Part shown: piece after piece, positions 28,629 to 37,524 of the stretch | How the letters are laid out: each line of letters begins with the position of its first letter | How positions within the stretch are numbered: position 1 is the first letter of the stretch | From: Klebsiella pneumoniae | GTDB taxonomy: Bacteria > Pseudomonadota > Gammaproteobacteria > Burkholderiales > SG8-39 | Assembly: GCA_945906755.1 (NCBI GenBank) | Contig: CAMDRJ010000003.1 | Location: 1 to 51,054 of the forward strand | Reading direction: 5' to 3' | Length of the DNA stretch: 51,054 nucleotides | The notes under the pieces: generated by a model | The model's input: the letters and a program-made list of their open reading frames with translations, nothing else | Told to the model about the DNA's origin: nothing | Database searches by the model: none | Position numbers and translations under genes: made by a program

Positions 28629-29543
28629 ATGGAAATAACCGGATTGGAAAGCATCGTGTACGGCGTCGAGGATATGGAAGCTTGCAAGCGGTTCAATGCC
28701 GACTTCGGATTGCAGCAGGTCGAAGCCAATAGCAAGGGCGCGATCTTCCAGACGGTAGAAGGCTCTACTGTGGTGTTGCGCGATATTCGCGATCCTTCAT
28801 TGCCGCCCGCGGTGACGCCCGGCCCGCAACTGCGGCAGGTGATCTGGGGCGCGACATCGAAAAAGGCGATCGAAGCAATCGGCGCCGAGCTCTCGAAGGA
28901 TCGCGAGGTGAAGCAGGGTGCTGATGGCATTCTGTGGTCCACCGATCCGATGGGTTTTGCGATTGGTTTTTGGGTGAAGCAGGTGAAGGATCTCGCGGAG
29001 GAGCCGCTTGCCACCAACGTTCCCGGCCGACCAGCACGGATTAACACGCGCTTTGCCTTCGCCGAGCGGCCCAAAGTGCTGCATCTAGGCCATGTGGTCT
29101 TCTACACGCCCAATCTTGAGGAAACCAGTGGGTTCTATCGCAACCGGCTTGGTTTTCGGCTCTCCGATACGTTTATAAATGGCGTCGGCTATTTCCTGCG
29201 CAGTGCGAAGAGCCACGATCACCACAATATTTTCATGCTCAATCGTGGTGACATGAAAGGGCTCAATCACGCCTCCTATCAGGTGCGCAACTTCGACGAT
29301 ATTGCCATCGCCGGCGAATATCTCGAAAAGAAAGGCTGGAAATCACTCACCGGCCCTGGCCGTCACCACATCGGTTCCAACTACTTCTGGTATTTCCACA
29401 GCCCTTGCGGTGGCGCGGTCGAGTACCACTCGGATATCGACTATCTCACCGACGACTGGGTGCCGCGCGAATGGGAATTCCGGCCAGATGTCGCGGCGGC
29501 CTGGGATCGTGGGCCGGGGTTTGCGGGGGAAGCGAAAAAATAG
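28629..29543 (+). CDS. VOC-family extradiol dioxygenase-like protein
   Basis: Two VOC domains; metal triad region LGHVV, HHNI, LNHASY and GRHHIGSNYFWYF.SPCGGAVEY. Confidence 0.82.
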   Translation: MEITGLESIVYGVEDMEACKRFNADFGLQQVEANSKGAIFQTVEGSTVVLRDIRDPSLPPAVTPGPQLRQVIWGATSKKAIEAIGAELSKDREVKQGADGILWSTDPMGFAIGFWVKQVKDLAEEPLATNVPGRPARINTRFAFAERPKVLHLGHVVFYTPNLEETSGFYRNRLGFRLSDTFINGVGYFLRSAKSHDHHNIFMLNRGDMKGLNHASYQVRNFDDIAIAGEYLEKKGWKSLTGPGRHHIGSNYFWYFHSPCGGAVEYHSDIDYLTDDWVPREWEFRPDVAAAWDRGPGFAGEAKK

Positions 29544-29555
29544 CTTTGCCTTCGC

Positions 29556-30512
29556 ATGCGATTTTCAAACGCTCTGGTTGCGATCGCGAGCCTCATCGCA
29601 TGGGGCACGGCGATCGCGCAGCCGTACCCCACCCGTCCGATCCGTTTCATTATCCCCACCGCGCCGGGCGGTGGGATCGATTTCATGGCGCGATTGGTCG
29701 GGCCGGTCGTGGGCGATGCGCTTGGCCAACCCGTCGTGCTCGACAATCGCGGCGGATTAGGCGGGCAGATCGGCGCAGGTGCGGTGGTCAAAGCGGCGCC
29801 GGACGGCTACACCGTTCTCATCAGCACCGATGCGCTCATCTCGCAAGTACCGGTGATGAAGCTGCCCTACGATCCGTTCAAGGATCTTGAGCCGGTCGCG
29901 CTGCTCTCGACGATTCCGTATGCCATCGTGGTGCATCCGGACGTCGCCAAAGACCTCGCTGAATTCGTTCAGTTCGCGCGTTCCAAGCCCAACGCAGCAA
30001 CGTACGGAACGCCCGGCATCGGTAGCCCGCAGCACATGATCGCGTTGATGTTCGGGTCGCTCACCAGCAGCACCTTGCTGCATATTCCCTACAAGGGTGC
30101 GGGCGAAATCGTGCCGGCGGTGATGGGTGGGCAAGTGCATTCGCTGTTTCAACCGCTGAGCGGCATGATGCCGAACATCAAGGCCGGTAAGCTGCGCGCG
30201 CTTGCGGTGACGGTGCCCAAACGCGTTGAGATCCTGCCCGATGTGCCCACCACGATGGAAGCGGGCTTTCCTGAACTCAACGTCTCGACCTGGTTCGCAG
30301 CATGGGTGCCGACGGGCACGCCGCGCGAGATCACGATGCGCCTACAAGACGAAATGATGAAGGCCGTGCAAACGCCTGCCGCGCGCGAGAAGCTGGCCCC
30401 GCTTGGTTTTCAAGCGGCGCCGGGGACGGGCGAGCAGTTGCGTGAGACGATGAAGCGCGATCTCGCGCGCTGGGCCAAGGTCGTCAAGGATTTCAATATT
30501 CGGTTGGAGTAG
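29556..30512 (+). CDS. Bug/TctC substrate-binding protein
   Basis: YPTRPI, APGGGID, APDGYT and HIPYKG motifs. Confidence 0.9.
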   Translation: MRFSNALVAIASLIAWGTAIAQPYPTRPIRFIIPTAPGGGIDFMARLVGPVVGDALGQPVVLDNRGGLGGQIGAGAVVKAAPDGYTVLISTDALISQVPVMKLPYDPFKDLEPVALLSTIPYAIVVHPDVAKDLAEFVQFARSKPNAATYGTPGIGSPQHMIALMFGSLTSSTLLHIPYKGAGEIVPAVMGGQVHSLFQPLSGMMPNIKAGKLRALAVTVPKRVEILPDVPTTMEAGFPELNVSTWFAAWVPTGTPREITMRLQDEMMKAVQTPAAREKLAPLGFQAAPGTGEQLRETMKRDLARWAKVVKDFNIRLE

Positions 30513-30522
30513 GCGTTCGTGG

Positions 30523-30723
30523 TCACGGCGATGACGCCTCATCCGCGATCGCAGGCAAGCGAGTGAGCAGTTGGTTTATTTTTGCGCCGGCTTGTTTCGC
30601 CAAGGCCGGATTTTGCAGCCACATCTGAATAAAAAACGCTCGCAATTGTTCTGATTGAGCCAAGCGGCTGAGCATCAAATGCTCTGGAATCTCAGCCCTT
30701 AGGGGCTGACTGTGATCAGGCAT
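30523..30723 (-). CDS. Small hypothetical protein coupled to the nucleotidyltransferase
   Basis: 66 aa; overlaps the upstream gene by 8 bp with a GGAG RBS. Confidence 0.6.
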   Translation of the reverse strand: MPDHSQPLRAEIPEHLMLSRLAQSEQLRAFFIQMWLQNPALAKQAGAKINQLLTRLPAIADEASSP

Positions 30724-31216
30724 TGGGATCTTCTCCGCGTTTTATTTTTTCCAGCGCTATGATATCGAGCTGATCCTTAGGGCGGTTTGCAATTCGCTTC
30801 ATGAGGATCAGATCGTCGATGCAGGCTATCGGCACTTCGCGATCGAATAATTTTCCAATGACGGCATTCGCCAAAAGCCTCTCAAACGGAACATCGGGGC
30901 GCACCAGAATATCAACCGCACCGCCTCCTACGTCTCGGTCACGCAATGCAAACGCCAGCATGCCTTTTTCTCGATACCACGCGTCAATTTGACTCACATC
31001 TCTCAGGGAATCAATGGGTACGGGGATCACGGGCGCCAGGCCGAACTGGTTTGCAACATCGATAAAGCGAGAGAGATTCGCGTCATGCATTGCGAGTACT
31101 AGGTCAACATCGAACGTGGATCGCAAAAAACCATGTAACTGAACTGCCAATCCACCGACCAAAACATACTGCACGCGTTTGTCCGAAAGCGATCGCAGTA
31201 ATTCGGCAATCTTCAT
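30716..31216 (-). CDS. Nucleotidyltransferase (AbiEii/DUF6036/MenT-like)
   Basis: VLVGGLAV...RSTFDVD and DLILMK...RPKD motifs. Confidence 0.8.
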   Translation of the reverse strand: MKIAELLRSLSDKRVQYVLVGGLAVQLHGFLRSTFDVDLVLAMHDANLSRFIDVANQFGLAPVIPVPIDSLRDVSQIDAWYREKGMLAFALRDRDVGGGAVDILVRPDVPFERLLANAVIGKLFDREVPIACIDDLILMKRIANRPKDQLDIIALEKIKRGEDPNA

Positions 31217-31419
31217 GTTTGTCTCACACTCAATCACTGCATCCGGAATCGATTGATTCTATTCCAATCAAATCCACGAAGCCGATCCAACGCGTTGCGG
31301 CAGCACGTCCATGCTATCCCGATCGAGTGCCTACCTTAGGGGAGGCGCCGATGACGTCATGGTGGATCTGCGCTACGATCGCGGGCTGTTGTAATCGAAT
31401 AACTATAGGAGACCTTCCA

Positions 31420-32628
31420 ATGCTTCAGCGCTTGTTCACGCTGGGTGCAGTGTTCGCACTCGCCGCCGCCTTACCCGCACTATCTGTGGCACAAGACAAA
31501 ATCAAGATTGGCATGGCCGTCTCGAAGACCGGCCAGAACACCCCGGGTGCCGCGGCCACCGTCTTGGGTAACTATCGCTTGTGGCTGAGCGAAGTGCAGG
31601 CCGCCGGTGGCATCATGATTAAGAGCAGCGGCAAGCGCGTACCGGTCGAGTTGGTCGAGTATGACGATCGCAGCCAGTCTGAGGAAGTGGTGCGGCTCAC
31701 CGAGCGGCTGATCAATGAAGACAAGGTCGATTTCATCTTGTCGCCCTGGGGCACCGCGTTCAATAGCGCTGTCGCACCGCTCCTGTCGCGTGCGGGCTTC
31801 CCGCATCTTGCCGTGACGTTTACGGTCGAAGATCCAGCGCGTTTCACGAAGCGCTTTCCGAACATGTTCGTGTTCACTGGCGCGAGCGGTGATTACGCCG
31901 AAGGCTTGGTGGAAGTCTTGAGTGCGATGCGCACGAAAGGCGAAATCGGCAACAACATTGCGATGGTGGGTGTCTCTGATCAGTTTGGTCTGGAATTGGC
32001 AAGCGCCGGCCGCAAGGCGTTTCAAAAGGCCGGATTCAAACTCGTGATGGACAAGAGCTATCCGTTCGGTTCGCAGGATCTTGCCGCCATCATCACCGAG
32101 GCTTCACGTGCCAATCCGGATACGTTCGTGGCGTTCAGCTATCCGCCTGACACCATGGGACTGACCGAGCAGGCCCGCAGCCTGAAGTTCAATCCCAAAG
32201 TGTTTTACGCCGGCGTGGCCACTGCATTTCCGGGGTATCGGCAGCGGTTCGGTGCCAACGTTGAAGGGATTTTCGGACCGGGCGGATGGAACGCCGCCTC
32301 GCCTGAAAGCAAAGCCTTTCTCGATCGCTACAAGAAGGCGAACAATGGTAGCGAGCCGGACCGTTGGGCAAGTCCGATTGTCTATGCAAGCTTGCAGATC
32401 TTGGAACAGGCGATCGAACGAGCCGGTACCGACAAGAAGGCGGTGATCAAGGAAATCGGCAGTGGTACGTTCAATACGATTCTTGGGCCCCGCAAACTTG
32501 AGAACCAGCAACTCCGTTCGCTTTATCTGGTCGCGCAGTGGCAAAGCGGCGAGTTTGCCGCGGTATGGCCCAAGGAAATGGCCGGAGCGGTCGCTTACAA
32601 ACCTATAAAGCCGGCGTGGCAGCAATAA
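31420..32628 (+). CDS. Orphan LivK-like ABC substrate-binding protein
   Basis: AGGAG RBS; signal peptide; KIKIG, YDDRSQ, SPWGT and SYPPD motifs. Confidence 0.88.
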   Translation: MLQRLFTLGAVFALAAALPALSVAQDKIKIGMAVSKTGQNTPGAAATVLGNYRLWLSEVQAAGGIMIKSSGKRVPVELVEYDDRSQSEEVVRLTERLINEDKVDFILSPWGTAFNSAVAPLLSRAGFPHLAVTFTVEDPARFTKRFPNMFVFTGASGDYAEGLVEVLSAMRTKGEIGNNIAMVGVSDQFGLELASAGRKAFQKAGFKLVMDKSYPFGSQDLAAIITEASRANPDTFVAFSYPPDTMGLTEQARSLKFNPKVFYAGVATAFPGYRQRFGANVEGIFGPGGWNAASPESKAFLDRYKKANNGSEPDRWASPIVYASLQILEQAIERAGTDKKAVIKEIGSGTFNTILGPRKLENQQLRSLYLVAQWQSGEFAAVWPKEMAGAVAYKPIKPAWQQ

Positions 32629-32661
32629 GGTAGCGCAAGCGGAGACCTACTTCGCAGAGAC

Positions 32662-32695
32662 GAAAGAGCGGGTTGCCAAGCATCCCGCTCTTTTC
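32662..32695 (+). terminator. Rho-independent terminator
   Basis: AAAGAGCGGG...CCCGCTCTTTT hairpin after the stop at 32628. Confidence 0.75.
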
Positions 32696-32735
32696 ATTTG
32701 TCTGGCCGTCGAAATTCACCTCCTGATCGGACCGT

Positions 32736-33908
32736 ATGAAATTTTCGATTCACCTGAGCACGCGCATCAACGACAAACGCAATGAATTACCGCTGATCAA
32801 TTACATGACCGACTTGGCGCTCGAAGCTGACGCAAGCGGATTTGGCGGGATCTCGCTAACCGAGCATCACCTGCACGAGAATCAGGGCTACCAAAACTCG
32901 CTGTTGTTTGCATGTGCGCTCGCGCCGCGGCTGAAGCAGGCGGCGATCGTCCTCGCCACCGTGAACCCGGCGCTGCATCATCCGGTACGGCTGGTCGAGT
33001 CCTGCAATCTGATCGATCAGCTCAACGCCGGGCGCCTAGTAGTCGGTTTCGGTTCCGGATTCAACAACACCGACCTCGTCGCATTCGGGCGCGACCTTGA
33101 TGTGCGTTTGGATCTGTTCGAGCAGGGGATGCGCAGCGTTCTCGACATCTGGAAATACGACGGCAAGAGCGGGCCGCTCGAATTCGAAGTCGGACGTGAT
33201 CGCGGCAGGATCGAGGCGCCGGTGAACCCGTCGTCGTACCGCAAACCGCATCCGATCCTGGCGCGCGGAACGCTCAACGAGGCAGGGGCGGCCGATGCCG
33301 CCAAGCGGGGCTGGGCCATGCTCACCGCGGCGAAGACCCCGGAAGACGGCATGGGCTTTGCTGCATCAGCAAAGGCGCAGGGCCCGTACGTGGGAGGAGA
33401 CTTAGTCATCTTGGCAAACGTCCTCACGTACTCGAGCGCCGGTAACGATTATGACGAATCGTATGGCACCAGCCATGTACGCTTGCGAGGTGGCTTCCGT
33501 ATCAACAGAATGTTCGCAATCGAGGGTCAACTGCTCAGTGCGAATAGCGCAACCGAACGGGATCCTTTCGGCGACGATTTCAAGATGACAACCGGCCCGA
33601 TTGCTGGTTTGTATGGCCGTTTTGATTTGCCGATCGGCAGGAGCTCATCCTTTTATGTTCTGCTTGGTGTCACGTCGGTTTCGACCAAATATCAGCAAAG
33701 GACGCCCACGGTCGGACGCGAAGACTCCGATTCCAACACGGGCCTGAGTGGCGGTTTGGGTTTTGGTATTGGACTCACGGAAAAGCTGAAGTTGAACATT
33801 GACTACATGCTCTACCGTGTCGGGACCGCGTCCTATCCTTCCTACTTCACCCCTAAACCTGATCAAGCGGTTGGTGGCCTTGGTGTCGGCGTGTCGTACC
33901 AATTCTGA
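32736..33908 (+). CDS. Chimeric ORF: N-terminal LLM oxidoreductase fragment fused in-frame to an outer-membrane beta-barrel protein
   Basis: aa 1-205 carry LTEHH, LHHPVRLVE, IDQL..GRL..GFGSG and KPHP. aa 206-390 carry ASAKAQ-GPYVGG, amphipathic strands and terminal VGVSYQF. Confidence 0.75.
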   Translation: MKFSIHLSTRINDKRNELPLINYMTDLALEADASGFGGISLTEHHLHENQGYQNSLLFACALAPRLKQAAIVLATVNPALHHPVRLVESCNLIDQLNAGRLVVGFGSGFNNTDLVAFGRDLDVRLDLFEQGMRSVLDIWKYDGKSGPLEFEVGRDRGRIEAPVNPSSYRKPHPILARGTLNEAGAADAAKRGWAMLTAAKTPEDGMGFAASAKAQGPYVGGDLVILANVLTYSSAGNDYDESYGTSHVRLRGGFRINRMFAIEGQLLSANSATERDPFGDDFKMTTGPIAGLYGRFDLPIGRSSSFYVLLGVTSVSTKYQQRTPTVGREDSDSNTGLSGGLGFGIGLTEKLKLNIDYMLYRVGTASYPSYFTPKPDQAVGGLGVGVSYQF

Positions 33909-33968
33909 TTTCGTAAGCTGAAATAAGGCCCCGCAGCTGCGTATAAGCGGGCATTTGGACATTCCGCC

Positions 33969-33987
33969 GTACGTCGAATCGATGTAC
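33969..33987. promoter_or_regulatory. Operator palindrome of the DUF1778-GNAT TA operon
   Basis: GTACGTCGA-A-TCGATGTAC (1 mismatch) overlapping a TACAAT -10 box. Confidence 0.55.
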
Positions 33988-34015
33988 AATCCTTCCCCCG
34001 ATGGAGGATTCTCGT

Positions 34016-34288
34016 ATGTCAACCAGCGCAACGCAGAAGGCAGCTGATTCTGCCCGGATCAATTTGCGCACCAGCGGCGAGGCGAAGGCCTTGATCGAGC
34101 GGGCCGCAGCCTACATGGGCACGACGGTATCGGCGTTCATGGTGCAGAACGCCTACGAGGCAGCCAAAAAAGTGGTGGCTGAACACGAGCTGCTCATGCT
34201 TACGCACCGCGATTTCGAAGCATTTGCCAGGGCCCTCGCGAAGCCATCCGCGCCGACCGCTGCGTTGAAGCGCCTTATGCGCGGATGA
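34016..34288 (+). CDS. DUF1778 (RHH) antitoxin, TacA/AtaR-like
   Basis: ARINLR...KALIERAA...VSAF...DFEAF..AL..P pattern. Confidence 0.9.
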   Translation: MSTSATQKAADSARINLRTSGEAKALIERAAAYMGTTVSAFMVQNAYEAAKKVVAEHELLMLTHRDFEAFARALAKPSAPTAALKRLMRG

Positions 34289-34773
34289 CGATTCGCGTTG
34301 TTCCGCTGGCATCAACGCATAGCCGTGACGATTTCGACTGCGGTGAGCCGGCGCTGAATGATTTCCTCCGCCGCTATGCCCGCCAACAGCAGGAACGAGA
34401 TTTCAGCTGGACTTATGTCGTCCTCGCCGACGATGCGAAGACCGTAACGGCGTTTGTTTTGGTCAGCGTCGGACAGGTTGACGCGGCATCGTTTCCGGAC
34501 CCGAGCAAATTGCCGCGTTACCCGGTGCCGGTGCTTCGCATCGGTCGATTGGCGGTCGGCCGGCGCGCACAGGGTAAAAAGCTCGGCCGGGACCTAATGC
34601 GATTCGCATTAGGCTTGTCGCTTGAATTGGCCGCACGGGTCGGTATTTACGCAGTCATCGTCGATGCCAAAAACGAAGCAGCGCGCGATTTCTACGAACG
34701 GCTCGGTTTCGCATCGTTTAAGGATGCCCCGTTTTCCATGTTTCTCCCGATTGCGACGTTGCGGCGCGCATGA
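34285..34773 (+). CDS. GNAT acetyltransferase toxin, TacT/AtaT-like
   Basis: FDCGEPALNDFL, IGRLAV...QGKKLG and VDAKNE..RDFYERLGF motifs; ATGA overlap. Confidence 0.9.
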   Translation: MTIRVVPLASTHSRDDFDCGEPALNDFLRRYARQQQERDFSWTYVVLADDAKTVTAFVLVSVGQVDAASFPDPSKLPRYPVPVLRIGRLAVGRRAQGKKLGRDLMRFALGLSLELAARVGIYAVIVDAKNEAARDFYERLGFASFKDAPFSMFLPIATLRRA

Positions 34774-34810
34774 ACGCGAGCTCGACGTCTCTGCACAAAA
34801 GGCGAACGCA

Positions 34811-36418
34811 ATGACCACCACCCCCGCCCAGCGCCCCAATATTCTTCTCATCGTCGTCGATGATCTTGGCTTCTGCGATCTTGGCGCGTTCGGCGGCGAG
34901 ATGCCTACGCCCAATATCGATCGTCTCGCGCAGGAGGGGCGCATCCTCACCGGTTACCACGTCGCTCCGGCGTGCTCGCCCACGCGCGCGATGCTGTTTT
35001 CGGGTACTGATCACCATCTCGCCGGGCTTGGGCAGATGGCCGAATCCCTGCACAAGTTCGCAGGCTGGCGTGGAAAGCCGGGCTACGAGGGCTACTTGAA
35101 CGAACGCAGTCTTTCGCTAGCGGAGATCCTGCGCGATAACGGCTACGCCACCTGCATGTCCGGCAAGTGGCATTTGGGTCGTGAAGCCGCGCATAGCCCC
35201 AAGGCGAAGGGCTTCGAGAAATCGTTCGCGATGTTGGGTGGTGCCGCGCATTACTTTACGCAGGAGTCACCGCACGTCACCCCTGATGGGGTAATCCAGA
35301 AAGCGCAGTATCGCGAGGATGGTGAGCTGGTCGACCTGCCGGAAGACTTCTACATCACCGATCTCTATACCAACAAGATGATCGCGTATCTTGATCAGCA
35401 CGATACGCGGCCGTTCTTCGCCTACGCTGCCTACACCGCACCGCATTGGCCCTTGCAGGCGCCGGATCGCTATCTCGCCAAATTTCGCGGCCGTTACGAT
35501 GAGGGTTATGAACCCGTGCTTGCGAATCGGCTCGCAGCGATGAAAGCGAAGGGTGTGCTGCCGCCCGACTTCGTACCGTATCCCGGTCGGCCGGCCTCCG
35601 CTGAGGTGCCGATGTGGGATCAACTTTCTGTTGATGAGCGCCGCAAAGAATCTCGCCGCATGGAAATCTACGCCGCTATGCTCGATTGCCTGGACCATAA
35701 CATCGGGCGCCTGGTCGACCACTTGAAGCGCATCGGCAAGTACGACAACACGTTCGTGTTTTTCATGTCGGACAACGGTCCGGACGGCCTCACCGATCAG
35801 TCGCCGTTGCTGCGTCATTCGGCTTCATTCTTCGATAATCGCCTGGAGAACATGGGGCGACGCGGCTCGTTTGTCGCGGCCGGGCCGCGTTGGGCCGAAG
35901 TGAGCGCGACGCCGTTCCGTTCCGTCAAGGGCAGCACCGCTGAAGGGGGCATCACTGCTGCCGCAATCGTGCGGCTGCCGGGCGCCGAGGGGAGCAGTAA
36001 GCCACTTGCAGCGCTGACGCATGTCACCGATTTGCTGCCAACGCTGCTTGAGCTGGCGGGCATCGCCAATCCGGGCCGATCGTATCGTGGCCGCGATGTG
36101 AATCCGATCGCCGGAGCCTCGATGCTGTCTTATCTGCGTGGCGCAACCAAGCACGTCCACGATCAGAACTATGTGCTTGGTGAAGAACTATTCGGTCAGC
36201 GCTCGCTGCAACTAGGCGATTGGAAGTTGCTATGGCTCGATCCGCCCGAGGGCGTCGGCGCCTGGCAACTCTACGATCTGCTGGGCAACCGCGCGGAAAC
36301 GAACGATCTCATGGCCTTGCAGCCGGCGATCGCCGCCGAGCTGGAGCGCGCGTGGCAACAGTATGTCGAGCGCAATGGCGTGATTCTGAGTCCGTTTCCG
36401 ATTGGGCTAGGCGGGTAA
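34811..36418 (+). CDS. atsA: Arylsulfatase (Cys-type, AtsA-like, no signal peptide)
   Basis: PNILLIVVDDLG, CSPTRAMLFSG, GKWHLG, APHWPLQAP and SDNG motifs. Confidence 0.88.
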   Translation: MTTTPAQRPNILLIVVDDLGFCDLGAFGGEMPTPNIDRLAQEGRILTGYHVAPACSPTRAMLFSGTDHHLAGLGQMAESLHKFAGWRGKPGYEGYLNERSLSLAEILRDNGYATCMSGKWHLGREAAHSPKAKGFEKSFAMLGGAAHYFTQESPHVTPDGVIQKAQYREDGELVDLPEDFYITDLYTNKMIAYLDQHDTRPFFAYAAYTAPHWPLQAPDRYLAKFRGRYDEGYEPVLANRLAAMKAKGVLPPDFVPYPGRPASAEVPMWDQLSVDERRKESRRMEIYAAMLDCLDHNIGRLVDHLKRIGKYDNTFVFFMSDNGPDGLTDQSPLLRHSASFFDNRLENMGRRGSFVAAGPRWAEVSATPFRSVKGSTAEGGITAAAIVRLPGAEGSSKPLAALTHVTDLLPTLLELAGIANPGRSYRGRDVNPIAGASMLSYLRGATKHVHDQNYVLGEELFGQRSLQLGDWKLLWLDPPEGVGAWQLYDLLGNRAETNDLMALQPAIAAELERAWQQYVERNGVILSPFPIGLGG

Positions 36419-36436
36419 TTACTTTCTACTTTCCAC

Positions 36437-37414
36437 TTAGTCGATCTTGATGCCGGCGCGCTTGATCACCGGACCCCATTTATTCAGATCGCGTTCGATC
36501 AAGCGTGTGACCTCCTCGCCCGATTGACCCGCCGGCTCTAAGCCCGCGTTAAGCATCCGCTCGCGGATGTCTGGCATCCGCACGATGACGGCGATCTCCC
36601 GATGCAAGCGATCGATGATGGCCTTGGGCGTGCGCGCCGGCGCGGACAGTGCATACCAACTGTCGACTTCAATGCCTGGAACACCTGCTTCCGACGCGGT
36701 GGGCAGGTCCGGCAGCGTCACATCCCGATTGACGTTTGCCATCAAGAGCGCTTTGACCCGTCCGGATTTGATATGCGGAAGCATCGTCGACAGCGCCGCG
36801 ATGAACACCTGGACCTCGCCTGCTACCGTGGCGGCCACCGCGGGTGGATTACCTTTATAGGGGACATGCAGCATATCGATGCCGGTCACCTGTTTGAAGA
36901 GTTCGCCCGAAAGATGGCCCGGCGTGCCGTTCGATCCCGATGCGAACGAGAGCAATTTCACTTTAGCGAGCGCGATCAGCTCTTGCACGGTGTTAACTCC
37001 GGTGCTGGGATGCACCACGAGGACGCTCTTTGATTTGGCGACCAGACTGATCGGCGCGAGATCCTTAAGCGGATCGAAGCCGGTGTTCTGATACAGGACC
37101 GGATTGGTACCAAGCGTGAAATCGACGTTCATGACCAAGGTGTAGCCGTCGGGCGCCGAACGCGCGACTGCGGCGGTACCTATGTTGCCTGCGGCGCCCA
37201 CACGATTCTCAGTGATAAATGGCTGACCAAGGCTTGCCTGCAATTTTTCGTTGATCAAGCGACCGAGAAAATCGTTTGGCCCGCCCGCCCCATAGGGGTT
37301 GATCACCCGCACCGGCTTGGTCGGATAGTCTTGGGCCTGCACACCTGAATTGCCAAGAATCAGCCCGGCGATCAGGGCAGTCAGACCGAACACGCTGCGC
37401 TGCGCGAATTTCAT
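36437..37414 (-). CDS. Bug/TctC substrate-binding protein
   Basis: YPTKPV, GAGGPND, APDGYTL and HVPYKG motifs. Confidence 0.9.
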   Translation of the reverse strand: MKFAQRSVFGLTALIAGLILGNSGVQAQDYPTKPVRVINPYGAGGPNDFLGRLINEKLQASLGQPFITENRVGAAGNIGTAAVARSAPDGYTLVMNVDFTLGTNPVLYQNTGFDPLKDLAPISLVAKSKSVLVVHPSTGVNTVQELIALAKVKLLSFASGSNGTPGHLSGELFKQVTGIDMLHVPYKGNPPAVAATVAGEVQVFIAALSTMLPHIKSGRVKALLMANVNRDVTLPDLPTASEAGVPGIEVDSWYALSAPARTPKAIIDRLHREIAVIVRMPDIRERMLNAGLEPAGQSGEEVTRLIERDLNKWGPVIKRAGIKID

Positions 37415-37524
37415 AGCGACCGCTCCAAGCGAATAATGCGTTGATCGAGGAACGCTACATCGTATCGCGTTCAGCAGGGCGGGTACTATCCATGCTCGTT
37501 CATCCTTTAAGACACGGCGCCCGC

